Origin: a virus
Length of the DNA: 64,000 nt
IMG/VR virus record: IMGVR_UViG_3300034139_000007
Location: 16,821-80,820 of that record
Reading direction: 5' to 3' (one strand)
In this document: piece after piece, positions 18,080 to 27,186 of the stretch
How positions within the stretch are numbered: the stretch's first letter is position 1
Layout of the letters: each line of letters starts with the position of its first letter
Program-made: the position numbers and the translations under genes
The notes under the pieces: generated by a model
The model's input: the letters and a program-made list of their open reading frames with translations, nothing else
What the model was told of the DNA's origin: nothing
Databases searched by the model: none

Positions 18080-20835
18080 GCGGCCTGCCTCTGGTGCATC
18101 AGGAAGTCGACGACCTGACGGGTCTGGTCGTCATTCAGACGTCCGCCCCAGACGCTCTCGGGCAGGAAGTCCAGCTTGGGTGCTTCGAACAGCTCGATCT
18201 GGCCGATCTGACCAGCCAGAGGGTTGTCAGGGTTCCAGGGTTCGAACGTCAGGCCGACCGCCGGGGTGGCGTCCAGCTTGAGGGTCGGGAAGATGTCGTT
18301 GTGGGACATCATGACCTGGCGGGCCAGGGTGATGAACTCGGCGACCAGGTCCTTGTGGACCGACCAGACCTTCTCATCGTGCACCGGGATCTTGAAGTTA
18401 GCCTCCCGCTTCGTCCAGCCCATCTCCTTGATGATGGCCTTCAGCCGCAGGATCGACCGCTTGATGACGAAGGCGTTCGTGCCCTGCACCATGGCGTTCA
18501 CAGCCTGGTTCTTCGCCCGCTTGTTGATGCGACGGGCGATCTCGTGGACGATGGGGCGCAGCTCGACGACGTCGGGCCACTTGGCCTTGAAGACCTGCAT
18601 CCACTCTTCCGTGGCCTCGTAGCGGAACCGGCGGTGGCCGTCCGGCAGCTCGACATAGCCGTAGATCTCGGCGTGCTGGATGGTGTCCATGCGCCACTGC
18701 TCCGCACCCCAGAAGCGGTTCCGATAGAACTCGGTCGCCTCCCCGGTGCGCTGCAGACCCCAGCCCATGCGCTGCCCGACAGTGGTCAGGAAGCCCGAGT
18801 ACCAGTAGTTGAAGTTCGCGCCCTTGCCGATCTCGGTCCGCCAGTACTTGGCGGCCTTGGCACCGGTCATGCTCTCGCCCTTCAGGTTGGTGAACATCCG
18901 GTCCCGCTCGTAGGGCTTGCAGCCGTACTCCTTCATGAAGTCGTCGGGGTTCTGGTAGTTCTTCAGGGTCTTGAAGATCTCCTCCGTCATCCATGGAAGT
19001 TCGGCCCGGAAGATGTCCGCCGCCGCACCCAGGTGCATATCCTGGTGGGGCAGCTGACCGAAGGCCCGGTGGAACTCCTCGTCCTTGGACAGCTCGCCGA
19101 TGATGACCAGCTCGAAGGCCGACCAATCGAGCGAGACCAGGATGTGGTCGTCATAGTCCGGCAGGAAGAAGCCCCGGACGTAGGTGCTCTCGCCACGCTT
19201 GGCCAGCTGCATCAGGTTCGGGGTGGAGCCAGCCAGACGGCGGGTGTTCAGCAGGCAGTTGACGGTCGGGTACATCCGATCCGTCTCCGGGTCGGTCAGC
19301 ATCGTGTAAGGCGTCAGGTACAGCTTCATGCGCTGCTCGACGCCGGCCATGGCCGTCATGATCTCGATGACCTTGAGCTTGGCCTCGGCGTTGTCGACCT
19401 GGGACTGCTTGATCCAGTCCTGGATCTTGCCTCGGGCCTCGCCGTCCGACTGGATCGCGCCCTTGTCGAACATCATCTTGGCGCGCATCAGGTCGTACAG
19501 CAGGACCCGCACCGGCATGTAGTGGGTGATCGACAGCTCCGGCTTGGCCTTGCCCTTCAGCTCGAAGCCACGGGCCTCCAGGTGCCAGGCGTTGCCGACC
19601 GGCGAGGAGACCTGCATGCACTGCGTCAGGTCGTCGTCGCTGTCGGGCATGTTGGCCCAATCGGACCACTTTTTGCGGTACTTGTGGTAGCCGCAGGCGG
19701 CGTCCGGCTTCTCGGGATTGAAGTACCAGTCCTGCCGCTTGGCCAGCTCGCGCTCCGGGCCATCGGCAGAGGGCAGTAGGGCACGGATGGCGGGCTTCAG
19801 GTCACGCAGCAGCTTGGCGAACTCGATGCGCTCCAGCGCGCGGCGCTCGTCGATGGCGGGCTTGTTGACCCGCATGCCGTCGGTCCAGATCTCCGAGAAG
19901 ACGTGGACCATAGGGTTCTCTTGCTCGAAGAAAGTCCCCAGCGCGTTCGGGCTGTTGCGGGCCAGCTCCTGCATCAGCACATGGAACAGGGGGATCACCC
20001 AGTAGGCGTCCTCCGCACCGTAGTCCGACACCTCGTCGCCGGACAGCATGCCCATGTGGGCGTTACCATCCATGGTCTCCTCGAAGGTCGACATGTCGTA
20101 GCCGAAGAACTTCTTCACCAGCTTCTTCAGGCCGTGGCCGTAGGCCATGTCATAGACGTAGCCGTTGTAGGAGCCGTCGCTGTCGGCGGTCTTGGACGTG
20201 ATCTTGCCGATGATTTCGTCGACCTTGCGGCTGAACCGACGGTCCTGCTCGTCCTCGTCGTCGGGGACCAGGTCCTGGGGCGTCGTCTCCAGCGCGGCCA
20301 TCATCAGCGGGTGGACGTGGCGCTGCAGCTCGCCCAGCGGGGCCTTCCAGAACTCGTTCTTGTCGTAGTTGTCGTCACCGAAGGCCGACACCGACATCTG
20401 CATGGTGCAGACGATGTTGTTCAGAGGGTAGTCGAAGCAGGAGGCGAAAGCCGTCAGCTCGTAGGTGGCGTTGTGAGCGACCCACAGCACGCCCTCGGGC
20501 TTGGCGTCGAGGATCGGCTGGACGTCGGCCCAGGTCAGGCGGTTGGCGACGTCGGAGTGGCCCAGGTTGAAGTACCAGGCTACGTCGTGGCCCTCGGGGT
20601 AGAGCGAGAAGCCGGTCATCACGGTGCGACGCATGTCGAACACCAGCTTCTTGTTCTTAGCCTTGTGGCGGGTCTCCTCGTTGACCTTCATGAAGGCGTT
20701 GAGGCCGTCGTGCCGGGCGTCGTCCTGCGTCTCGCAGTCGATGCCGAGCAGGGTGGTGCAGGCCTGGATGGCGGCCAGCACGCGGGGCAACTCGGTCTGG
20801 AAGTTGCGACGGTCGATCAGGGTGGTGCGGATCAC
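18076..20835 (-). CDS. DNA polymerase family A with 3'-5' exonuclease domain
   Basis: Exo DCET, HNATYE, YGAED; TRRLAGSTPNLMQL; motif A DWSAFEL; motif B RTEIGKGANFNYWY; motif C VHDE. Confidence 0.93.
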   Translation of the reverse strand: MIRTTLIDRRNFQTELPRVLAAIQACTTLLGIDCETQDDARHDGLNAFMKVNEETRHKAKNKKLVFDMRRTVMTGFSLYPEGHDVAWYFNLGHSDVANRLTWADVQPILDAKPEGVLWVAHNATYELTAFASCFDYPLNNIVCTMQMSVSAFGDDNYDKNEFWKAPLGELQRHVHPLMMAALETTPQDLVPDDEDEQDRRFSRKVDEIIGKITSKTADSDGSYNGYVYDMAYGHGLKKLVKKFFGYDMSTFEETMDGNAHMGMLSGDEVSDYGAEDAYWVIPLFHVLMQELARNSPNALGTFFEQENPMVHVFSEIWTDGMRVNKPAIDERRALERIEFAKLLRDLKPAIRALLPSADGPERELAKRQDWYFNPEKPDAACGYHKYRKKWSDWANMPDSDDDLTQCMQVSSPVGNAWHLEARGFELKGKAKPELSITHYMPVRVLLYDLMRAKMMFDKGAIQSDGEARGKIQDWIKQSQVDNAEAKLKVIEIMTAMAGVEQRMKLYLTPYTMLTDPETDRMYPTVNCLLNTRRLAGSTPNLMQLAKRGESTYVRGFFLPDYDDHILVSLDWSAFELVIIGELSKDEEFHRAFGQLPHQDMHLGAAADIFRAELPWMTEEIFKTLKNYQNPDDFMKEYGCKPYERDRMFTNLKGESMTGAKAAKYWRTEIGKGANFNYWYSGFLTTVGQRMGWGLQRTGEATEFYRNRFWGAEQWRMDTIQHAEIYGYVELPDGHRRFRYEATEEWMQVFKAKWPDVVELRPIVHEIARRINKRAKNQAVNAMVQGTNAFVIKRSILRLKAIIKEMGWTKREANFKIPVHDEKVWSVHKDLVAEFITLARQVMMSHNDIFPTLKLDATPAVGLTFEPWNPDNPLAGQIGQIELFEAPKLDFLPESVWGGRLNDDQTRQVVDFLMHQRQAA

Positions 20836-21119
20836 TTGGTCTGTGCCTTCTTGGCTGCGGCGATGGCCCGGTTCAGGTTGGCCAGCTTGCGGTCATCACC
20901 CCGCATGCGCTTCCTCGCCTTGTTGCGCTCGATCTCGATGCGGAGGGACGACATGCCCGGCTCGATGGGCATGGTGACGCCGCGGATCGTCTGGTAGCGG
21001 ACCTCGTCTGGCTGGCCCGCCACCTTCAAGAAGTCCTCGTCAGGGTGGCGCTGGTAGATCCCGTCGCGGTCGAAGCCAGGGATGAGGCGGTAATCAGTCA
21101 CAGCATATACTCCGAGCAA
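20832..21119 (-). CDS. hypothetical protein
   Basis: in-operon ORF; start uncertain (possibly GTG near 21101). Confidence 0.6.
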   Translation of the reverse strand: MLGVYAVTDYRLIPGFDRDGIYQRHPDEDFLKVAGQPDEVRYQTIRGVTMPIEPGMSSLRIEIERNKARKRMRGDDRKLANLNRAIAAAKKAQTK

Positions 21120-21892
21120 AGGCGGTAGAGCGTGGCTTCGTCGCGCACGCCCTGTTTCAGGTGGGTGTTGATCACGTCCTGACCGACCGGCAGAGGGTCG
21201 ATGATCCGACGCATGACGGCCAGCTCGTCGATGTTCTCCTGCTCCTTGAGCCAGTTGCAGGAGCCAGGCCGGATGCCGATGGCCAGCGCGCGGGGGACTT
21301 CATCGTCCGTCAGCGGGCGGCGATTGTCCAGCAGGTCCGTGATGAGGGCGCGCAGGCCTTCCTTGTCGCACTCGTCCCAGCCGCCCTTACCGAAGCCCTT
21401 GAGGCCGGGGAGGGTGTCAGAGGGGTCGCCGACCGTGGTCTTGTACAGGCGGATGTCGGACGCTGGCATCTTCGGATCGTAGGTGCAGGTCACGCGGGGC
21501 GACAGCGCGCACAGCGCAGCAATGTCAGCATCCCGGCATACGATCTCGATGGGCAGGTTGGTGGTGGCCAGGAAGTGCTCGGTCAGGGCAGCGATCACGT
21601 CGTCGCCCTCGAACCCCGGCACGCGGATCTGCCACGAGCCGGTAAAGGCCATCAGCTCGCGCACGAAGTTCAGGTCGCGGATGACGGTGCCCTTCGGCTT
21701 CTTGCGGGTCTTGTAGGCGGGGAACAGGGCACGCCTGGCCTTGTTCGCGCCCTCGCCGTCCCAGACCCAGATGCGCAGGTCGTAGGGGTTGGCCGTCTGG
21801 TTCAGGCATCCCATCAGGAAGTCGCGCAGCTTCGTCGTCTCCAGCTGCACGCGCAGGTAGGACAGGCTGTCGTAGAGGACGATCTTTTTCAT
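21098..21892 (-). CDS. 5'-3' exonuclease / flap endonuclease
   Basis: WVWDG, RRALFPAYK, FEGDDVIA, RDAD, GDPSDTLPGLKGFG (H3TH). Confidence 0.9.
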   Translation of the reverse strand: MKKIVLYDSLSYLRVQLETTKLRDFLMGCLNQTANPYDLRIWVWDGEGANKARRALFPAYKTRKKPKGTVIRDLNFVRELMAFTGSWQIRVPGFEGDDVIAALTEHFLATTNLPIEIVCRDADIAALCALSPRVTCTYDPKMPASDIRLYKTTVGDPSDTLPGLKGFGKGGWDECDKEGLRALITDLLDNRRPLTDDEVPRALAIGIRPGSCNWLKEQENIDELAVMRRIIDPLPVGQDVINTHLKQGVRDEATLYRLCSEYML

Positions 21893-21905
21893 GGGGTCTC
21901 CAAAC

Positions 21906-21937
21906 GAAGAAAGGGCGGCGGCCTAAACCGCCGCCCC
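21906..21937 (-). terminator. Rho-independent terminator
   Basis: GGGCGGCGG-TTTAGG-CCGCCGCCC followed by TTTCTT on - strand. Confidence 0.75.
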
Positions 21938-21960
21938 TCCGAGCTTCAGTTGAACAGGGC

Positions 21961-22752
21961 TTAGCCCGGCTCGTGGTCACGCTCGTCCGTGGCACCGGCG
22001 ACCGCCAGGAAGTCGACGAAGTCGGCCTTCCCGTAGGTGTTGCCGCCACCTTCAGCCGTCTTGTGGACCAGCTTGCCGCGCAGCGTCAGATCGTGGGGGA
22101 TCTGACCCGCAGCGCGCAGGTCGTCATACGGCTTGATGAACGAAGCGAACTCCTTGAAGTTCGTGATCGAGAGCGTCAGGCCCAGCGTCTGGCCGGTCTT
22201 GACCAGGGCCTTGCCCTTGTTCTCGCCCTTCTCGGCGATGACGTCTTCACCCACCAGCGTGAACGGAATGTCCGCCGAAGCGTAGTCCCCACGGCAGCGG
22301 CTGTCGGCCTGCATCGCCTCGGCCACGCAAGCGGCCCAGGACTTCTTGGTCCGGCTTTCGGTCTGACGGTCGAACGACCGCAGATACTTGGCCGGGGTGG
22401 AACCCCAACGAAGACCGAAGAAGGGGACCACGTCGGAGAGCTTGAACTCCACCGTGATTTCTTCCAGGGCGTTCTTGGTGTCGGTGCCGATCAGGAAGCC
22501 GGTCTTGTCGACCTTCAGATAGGCGTCGACGCGCATGCCGCCCTGGGACAGCAGCTCACCCAGCGTAACGGGGCGACCGGCAGCGACCGCACCCGGTTGG
22601 GCCGGCGGCTGATAGGCACCGCCGACGGCGGGGGGAGTGGGGTCCTGAGTGGGGGGAGCACCAGCTGCGGCAGCGCCGCCGGAAGCCGCGGCTGCACGAG
22701 CGTTGGCGATTTGCTGGTTGATGGCGTCGAGGGGATTGGCTGCATCAGTCAT
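21961..22752 (-). CDS. putative single-stranded DNA-binding protein
   Basis: position between helicase and exonuclease, own terminator, beta-rich core; function inferred from context only. Confidence 0.45.
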   Translation of the reverse strand: MTDAANPLDAINQQIANARAAAASGGAAAAGAPPTQDPTPPAVGGAYQPPAQPGAVAAGRPVTLGELLSQGGMRVDAYLKVDKTGFLIGTDTKNALEEITVEFKLSDVVPFFGLRWGSTPAKYLRSFDRQTESRTKKSWAACVAEAMQADSRCRGDYASADIPFTLVGEDVIAEKGENKGKALVKTGQTLGLTLSITNFKEFASFIKPYDDLRAAGQIPHDLTLRGKLVHKTAEGGGNTYGKADFVDFLAVAGATDERDHEPG

Positions 22753-22848
22753 TTGTAGTCTCTGTTTTTGAAAAGTACGCCGCCGGATTGGTCGGCGCAG
22801 AGGACTTGAACACTAGTTCCGGCGACGCCTCAAGCCGCCGAAATGGAA

Positions 22849-22861
22849 TGTCTACTAGATA
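22849..22861. promoter_or_regulatory. palindromic motif B, copy 4
   Basis: TGTCTACTAGATA overlapping the helicase stop codon, upstream of the SSB-like gene. Confidence 0.65.
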
Positions 22862-24309
22862 GTAGAACTTTGTTCGTGCATCTGCTGATAATGGTTGAAC
22901 CGCAGCACCTCGCGGGTCGGATCGACCCTCCAGGCGTCCAGAGACTTGGTCTCCAGGATCTGCATGAACCGTGGGTCCAGGCTTTCGTAGTAGGCAAGTG
23001 TTGTAATGCGCAGGGGTGTCTGGCGCTTCTCCCTCACCGTCCGGCGGTAGCCTTGGATGAAGTCGCTGTCCATGTAACCGAGGGAGACGTTGATGACGTG
23101 GTCCACCTCGATGCGCTTCGGACCCCAGTACTGCCAGTTGAAGCCGACCGAGGCCACACCGGGTGTGGCGATGACCGCGTCCAGCTCACCGGCGCGGAAC
23201 GCCTCGTCGACCCGGTTCTTCTGGGCACGAGACATCGACCCGTTCATCAGCGCCGCCCGCAGGCCACTCTCGCGAGCCACCTCCAGGATCTGACGCTGCT
23301 GGGGGATCAGGGCAGCGAACATGATCAGAGGCTTGCCGGTGCGGACGTGGTCCTCGAAGTGGATCTTCAGGGCCTCGACCTTACCAGGCAGCTTGTTCGG
23401 CATGATGTCGACCGGCGGCAGGCCCAGCTTGTGGTCCAGGTCGCGCAGGTCGGGGAAGGCGTTCGGATGCTCCATCAGCTGACGGGCACGGATCATGGCC
23501 GGGCCGGGCTGACTGCCGTCCACGAAGAAGTCCTCCAGCTCCAAGAAGGCATCCTTGCGCAGCTGCTCAAACATCTTCAACTGGGCCGGGTGCATCGACA
23601 CCCACTGAACCTCGGGGATCACGGCCTGCTTGCCGAAGATCTGCTCGAAGGTATAGCGGATGCCGTGGGTGCCGAAGATCGACGACAGCTTCTCGTGACC
23701 GGACCAGAAGATCGGGCGGCCATAGTCGTCCAGCTGGGCGTGCTCCGACAGGAACGACAGCTCGTAACCGAACGGGTAGTAGCGGGGCTCGATGGCGGCG
23801 ATGGCCGAGTACCCGGTGTCCAGCCTGCCATTGATCATGGTGCCGGTCATCATGACCATCTCGTCCATGTACTTGGCCATCTCCAGGAACACCTCGGTGC
23901 GGGCGCTCTCCGGCCCACCGAAGCACATGTGATGCTCGTCGGTGTCGAGGGCGCGGACGCCCTGCTCCCAGATGCCCTGGTAGGTGGTTTTCAGGCGGTC
24001 CGGGCCGAGCATGAAGATCTGCGCACCCTTGGTCATCTCCTTCTGGATCTTGGCCGCGGAGCCATCCAGCACGGCGATGGCCGACCGGGGCAGGCCGGTC
24101 CAGCGTATCACTTCCTGGATGTTCTTCTCGATCAGGGCCAGGGGCTGGACCCAGGCGGTCTTGATGCCGTCGGCCACACGTCGGCCCATGTTCACGCACA
24201 CCGGCGGCGTCTTGCCGGTGCCGGGGTCGGACAGGTCCATGCACTTCTTCTGCTGCATGTAGAAGGCCAGGCGGGGCACCTGGTCATCGTCTCTGAGGCG
24301 TAGGGTCAT
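22855..24309 (-). CDS. superfamily 2 DNA helicase
   Basis: SDPGTGKT, DEHH, MTGT, ASVGFN, QGYRR. Confidence 0.88.
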   Translation of the reverse strand: MTLRLRDDDQVPRLAFYMQQKKCMDLSDPGTGKTPPVCVNMGRRVADGIKTAWVQPLALIEKNIQEVIRWTGLPRSAIAVLDGSAAKIQKEMTKGAQIFMLGPDRLKTTYQGIWEQGVRALDTDEHHMCFGGPESARTEVFLEMAKYMDEMVMMTGTMINGRLDTGYSAIAAIEPRYYPFGYELSFLSEHAQLDDYGRPIFWSGHEKLSSIFGTHGIRYTFEQIFGKQAVIPEVQWVSMHPAQLKMFEQLRKDAFLELEDFFVDGSQPGPAMIRARQLMEHPNAFPDLRDLDHKLGLPPVDIMPNKLPGKVEALKIHFEDHVRTGKPLIMFAALIPQQRQILEVARESGLRAALMNGSMSRAQKNRVDEAFRAGELDAVIATPGVASVGFNWQYWGPKRIEVDHVINVSLGYMDSDFIQGYRRTVREKRQTPLRITTLAYYESLDPRFMQILETKSLDAWRVDPTREVLRFNHYQQMHEQSSTI

Positions 24310-24312
24310 AGG

Positions 24313-24528
24313 CTAGTCCTTGATGCGGCCACGGCGGGGGCTGGCACGCCGACAGCGGCGCAGCACCTCATCCTTGGGGTACAGGGCGATGCGACCATAC
24401 ACGTCGCGGACCACGTCCACCCCATGCAGGGTCATGTTGCCATCGTGAATGCGGACCGGGGTGTACAACGGGAACCTCTTCAGCTCCTCGATCAGATCGC
24501 CGACGGTGGGGATGCGGGCGTCAGGCAT
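24313..24528 (-). CDS. hypothetical protein
   Basis: TVGDLIEELKRFP motif common in small phage proteins. Confidence 0.65.
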   Translation of the reverse strand: MPDARIPTVGDLIEELKRFPLYTPVRIHDGNMTLHGVDVVRDVYGRIALYPKDEVLRRCRRASPRRGRIKD

Positions 24529-24760
24529 GCGTTTTCCAGTACCATTTCTGGGAGGGGTAGTAGCGTACTACTCGCCCCGCCCGGTGTCCACCAGCGAGGA
24601 AGCCAAGGCGCTTCAGCTCCTTGCAGCGGGCGTGGAGCCAGTCGTCTCGCCATCTCAGGCTGACGTCGAAGAAGCCTTTCGACCGCGCGATGTGGACGAT
24701 CTGGGCCGGGGTGTCGCGTTCTTTGCGCTCGCTTTCAGCGCGGCGGTCATAGTAGCCCAT
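24521..24760 (-). CDS. hypothetical protein
   Basis: in-operon ORF. Confidence 0.55.
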   Translation of the reverse strand: MGYYDRRAESERKERDTPAQIVHIARSKGFFDVSLRWRDDWLHARCKELKRLGFLAGGHRAGRVVRYYPSQKWYWKTHA

Positions 24761-25026
24761 CGTGCTTCATCCTCTGCCCTGATGCGGGCGTTGTGGGTCG
24801 CCACCTCATCCGGTGTGCGTGGCCGGTCCGGGGCGGGGGCGTCGTTGGGCCGGGCCAGCGGTGTGCCAGGCGTGTCGTCGCTGGGGCGGCGGCGAAAGCT
24901 GGGGAACAACGCACCCCTAGCTCGGGGGTTGAAGCTCTCCAGGTCGTTCTCATCCTTGGTCAGGATCTTGATCGGCCCATGGTGCGCAACCTGGCTGGCG
25001 CGGCGGACGTCGTCATCCTTGCCCAT
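24655..25026 (-). CDS. hypothetical protein
   Basis: GGAGG SD before MGKDDD; 3' part overlaps next ORF by about 100 nt. Confidence 0.45.
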   Translation of the reverse strand: MGKDDDVRRASQVAHHGPIKILTKDENDLESFNPRARGALFPSFRRRPSDDTPGTPLARPNDAPAPDRPRTPDEVATHNARIRAEDEARWATMTAALKASAKNATPRPRSSTSRGRKASSTSA

Positions 25027-25636
25027 TCTGGATTGCCTCCATGTGTCGACGCAGCAGGCCTGCGCCGATCTCTTCAAACGGTGCCGTCGTGTCGACGTGG
25101 AAGGGCTCGACCCACTCGACGCCCTGGAAGATCGGGACGCGGCTCTCGCACACGATCAGGATGCGCCGGCCAGAGGCGGCGGCCAGCTCGATATGCCGCT
25201 CGATCTCTCGGGTCCGGTTCACGTTGCCCGCCGTCCAGACCAGTGGTCCCAGGTTAGTCAGCTCGTAAAGCGGAGCCAGCTGTAGGGCCTTGCGCCACCA
25301 GACGGGGCGGACTGGCACCTCCGTGGGCGTGGACAGCCTTGCCAGCGCCTCCAGGCTTGGCCCGAGGGTGTTATCGACATCGACGATCATCTTCGCCGTG
25401 GAGCCCTCGCGGCGCGGGACCGGCCAGAAGACCTTGGCCAGCGGCTCGTGGACCCACGAAGGGGCCTCAACTATATGGTCAAGGTCGATGTTGTGCTGGC
25501 ACCGGGCGTTCCGTGGCCTGATCTGGGGCTCGAAGGGTGCCCGCAGGTTGGGCGAGATCAGGTTCTGGACGCCGGACTTCTGGAGCAGGAACGGTATGCC
25601 GCCCGCGACGTGCAGGCCGAAGCGGCTGACGATCAT
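25013..25636 (-). CDS. hypothetical protein
   Basis: ATGA overlap with upstream ORF. Confidence 0.65.
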   Translation of the reverse strand: MIVSRFGLHVAGGIPFLLQKSGVQNLISPNLRAPFEPQIRPRNARCQHNIDLDHIVEAPSWVHEPLAKVFWPVPRREGSTAKMIVDVDNTLGPSLEALARLSTPTEVPVRPVWWRKALQLAPLYELTNLGPLVWTAGNVNRTREIERHIELAAASGRRILIVCESRVPIFQGVEWVEPFHVDTTAPFEEIGAGLLRRHMEAIQNGQG

Positions 25637-25824
25637 GCGGTGGCGACCTTGATCTCGCGGTTCATCAGCCGACCCAGCATCTGGCGGCGGATCTGGCACG
25701 GGCTGTTGGCGATGGTGGGACCGACGGTGAACATCAGGAACTGCTCCTTCTGCTCTTCGGTTTTCAGGGCGGCGAGATGCTGGCTGAACTTCCAGTACTC
25801 TTTGGTGGCTTCGGCTAGGGTCAC
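25633..25824 (-). CDS. hypothetical protein
   Basis: GTGA overlap, AGGAG SD. Confidence 0.6.
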   Translation of the reverse strand: MTLAEATKEYWKFSQHLAALKTEEQKEQFLMFTVGPTIANSPCQIRRQMLGRLMNREIKVATA

Positions 25825-26267
25825 GTCTTCTCCTTGGGCAGGGCTGGTGTGATGAGGGTGTCGAAGTCCACGCCGAGGACGCTGGACAGCGTATACAACT
25901 GTCCGAGCGTAAAGTCGTGGGCTCCGACCTCCATGTTGCGGACGACCACGCGGCTGACGTTAATCTGTAGTCCCATCTTGGTCGGGGTCAGGTCATGCTC
26001 GGCGGCGTATCTGGCGATCTGGATGCCGATCCAGGAATGTCGCTTCGACAGGGCCTTTTTGTTGACCATGATCCGGGGGTCATCAGCCTTGGCCACCCGC
26101 TTGCGCGGGCCATTGGCCATCCGGTCAGCGTTCACCAGTTTGTGGATCGTGCTGACCGAACGGCCATAGGTCTTGGCTAGGTCGGGGACACTCTGGCCCT
26201 CCCAATAGCTTTCCACGATCTTGGTGTTCAGATCGCGAATGTCATCACGGCTGGGGGGCATGGTCAC
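25821..26267 (-). CDS. transcriptional regulator with two HTH domains (C-terminal XRE-like)
   Basis: SVPDLAKTYGRSVSTIHKLV and LTPTKMGLQINVSRVVVRNMEVGAHDFTLGQLYTLSSVLGV. Confidence 0.8.
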   Translation of the reverse strand: MTMPPSRDDIRDLNTKIVESYWEGQSVPDLAKTYGRSVSTIHKLVNADRMANGPRKRVAKADDPRIMVNKKALSKRHSWIGIQIARYAAEHDLTPTKMGLQINVSRVVVRNMEVGAHDFTLGQLYTLSSVLGVDFDTLITPALPKEKT

Positions 26268-26287
26268 TCCGGTGCAGTAGTTGATTT

Positions 26288-26300
26288 TGTCTACTGGACA
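26288..26300. promoter_or_regulatory. palindromic motif B, copy 5
   Basis: TGTCTACTGGACA about 20 bp upstream of the HTH gene. Confidence 0.7.
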
Positions 26301-26307
26301 TTTTCGA

Positions 26308-26964
26308 TCAATGATAGTGGTAGTTTACATCTGCCGTCGTCCAGCAGGTGTCGCACGAACCGCACTTATTGCCCTGCTGCAAGGCCGGGCAATGGCTGAA
26401 TGCCTCGCTGTCGACACCGACGGTCGAGACCGGCAGGTCGAACGGACGGGACTTGGGCGCGACGCCCAGCTTGGGGCTGGAGGTGCGGACCACCAGGTTG
26501 GACGGGAAGGTGCCGCCCTTGGCCAGGAAGGCGCGGACGACGGGCAGCTCGCGGGTCGGCAACCAGTGTGACAGCTGCGGGGTGCGGACGGCGATCTCGA
26601 CGATCTTCTGCAGCATCTCGACCGACTGCAGGTCACCGGCGTCGAACCAGCGGAAGCGGTTCTCGACGACACCCGGGGAACGCTCGCGCCGCTGGTGGGT
26701 GTACAGGTGGTTCAGGACGGTGACGAAGTTGTCGACGAAGGCGGGGTCATCGACGGCGGCCAGGCGGCGCTGCTGGGCCTCGACCACGTTGGAGAACCGG
26801 TAGTTGCCTTTGAGCGCATAGCAGCCGGAGCAGGTGGTGCCCTCGACCGCGGCCAGCTTGGACCCGGTGATGCAGGTGGTGGCCGATATGGACCAGGACC
26901 ACCAGGGCATTTTCGACGGCTTGCCGAGGCCGCCGATGGCTTTGAGTGCTTCTAGGTATTGCAT
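26308..26964 (-). CDS. GP88-family protein (Cys-rich, radical-SAM-like)
   Basis: SKMP, C...CSGCYA, RFRWFDAGD, HWLPTRE, NLVVRTS, CPA...CGSCDTCW. Confidence 0.8.
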   Translation of the reverse strand: MQYLEALKAIGGLGKPSKMPWWSWSISATTCITGSKLAAVEGTTCSGCYALKGNYRFSNVVEAQQRRLAAVDDPAFVDNFVTVLNHLYTHQRRERSPGVVENRFRWFDAGDLQSVEMLQKIVEIAVRTPQLSHWLPTRELPVVRAFLAKGGTFPSNLVVRTSSPKLGVAPKSRPFDLPVSTVGVDSEAFSHCPALQQGNKCGSCDTCWTTADVNYHYH

Positions 26965-27185
26965 TTCATTTCCTTGACCATGCGGCGAATGTTCTGCCGC
27001 ACCCAGTCTTCCTGGTGCTGGAGTTTCTTCTTGTTCGACGTGTCCGAGAGCGTCGTCTGACGGCGCTGATCACCGTAGCGGACCACCATCAGGATGTGTT
27101 TGCTACCGTGCTGGAACTCGACGGAGGCCCCGTGTTTCGGGGCCTCCGCTTCAGCTGCAGCACGAACCTTTCGGTCCCGCGCCAT
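26952..27185 (-). CDS. small protein, HicA-like fold possible
   Basis: KHGASVEFQHGSKHILMVV helix-beta-GSKH-beta pattern. Confidence 0.45.
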   Translation of the reverse strand: MARDRKVRAAAEAEAPKHGASVEFQHGSKHILMVVRYGDQRRQTTLSDTSNKKKLQHQEDWVRQNIRRMVKEMKCNT

Positions 27186-27186
27186 G

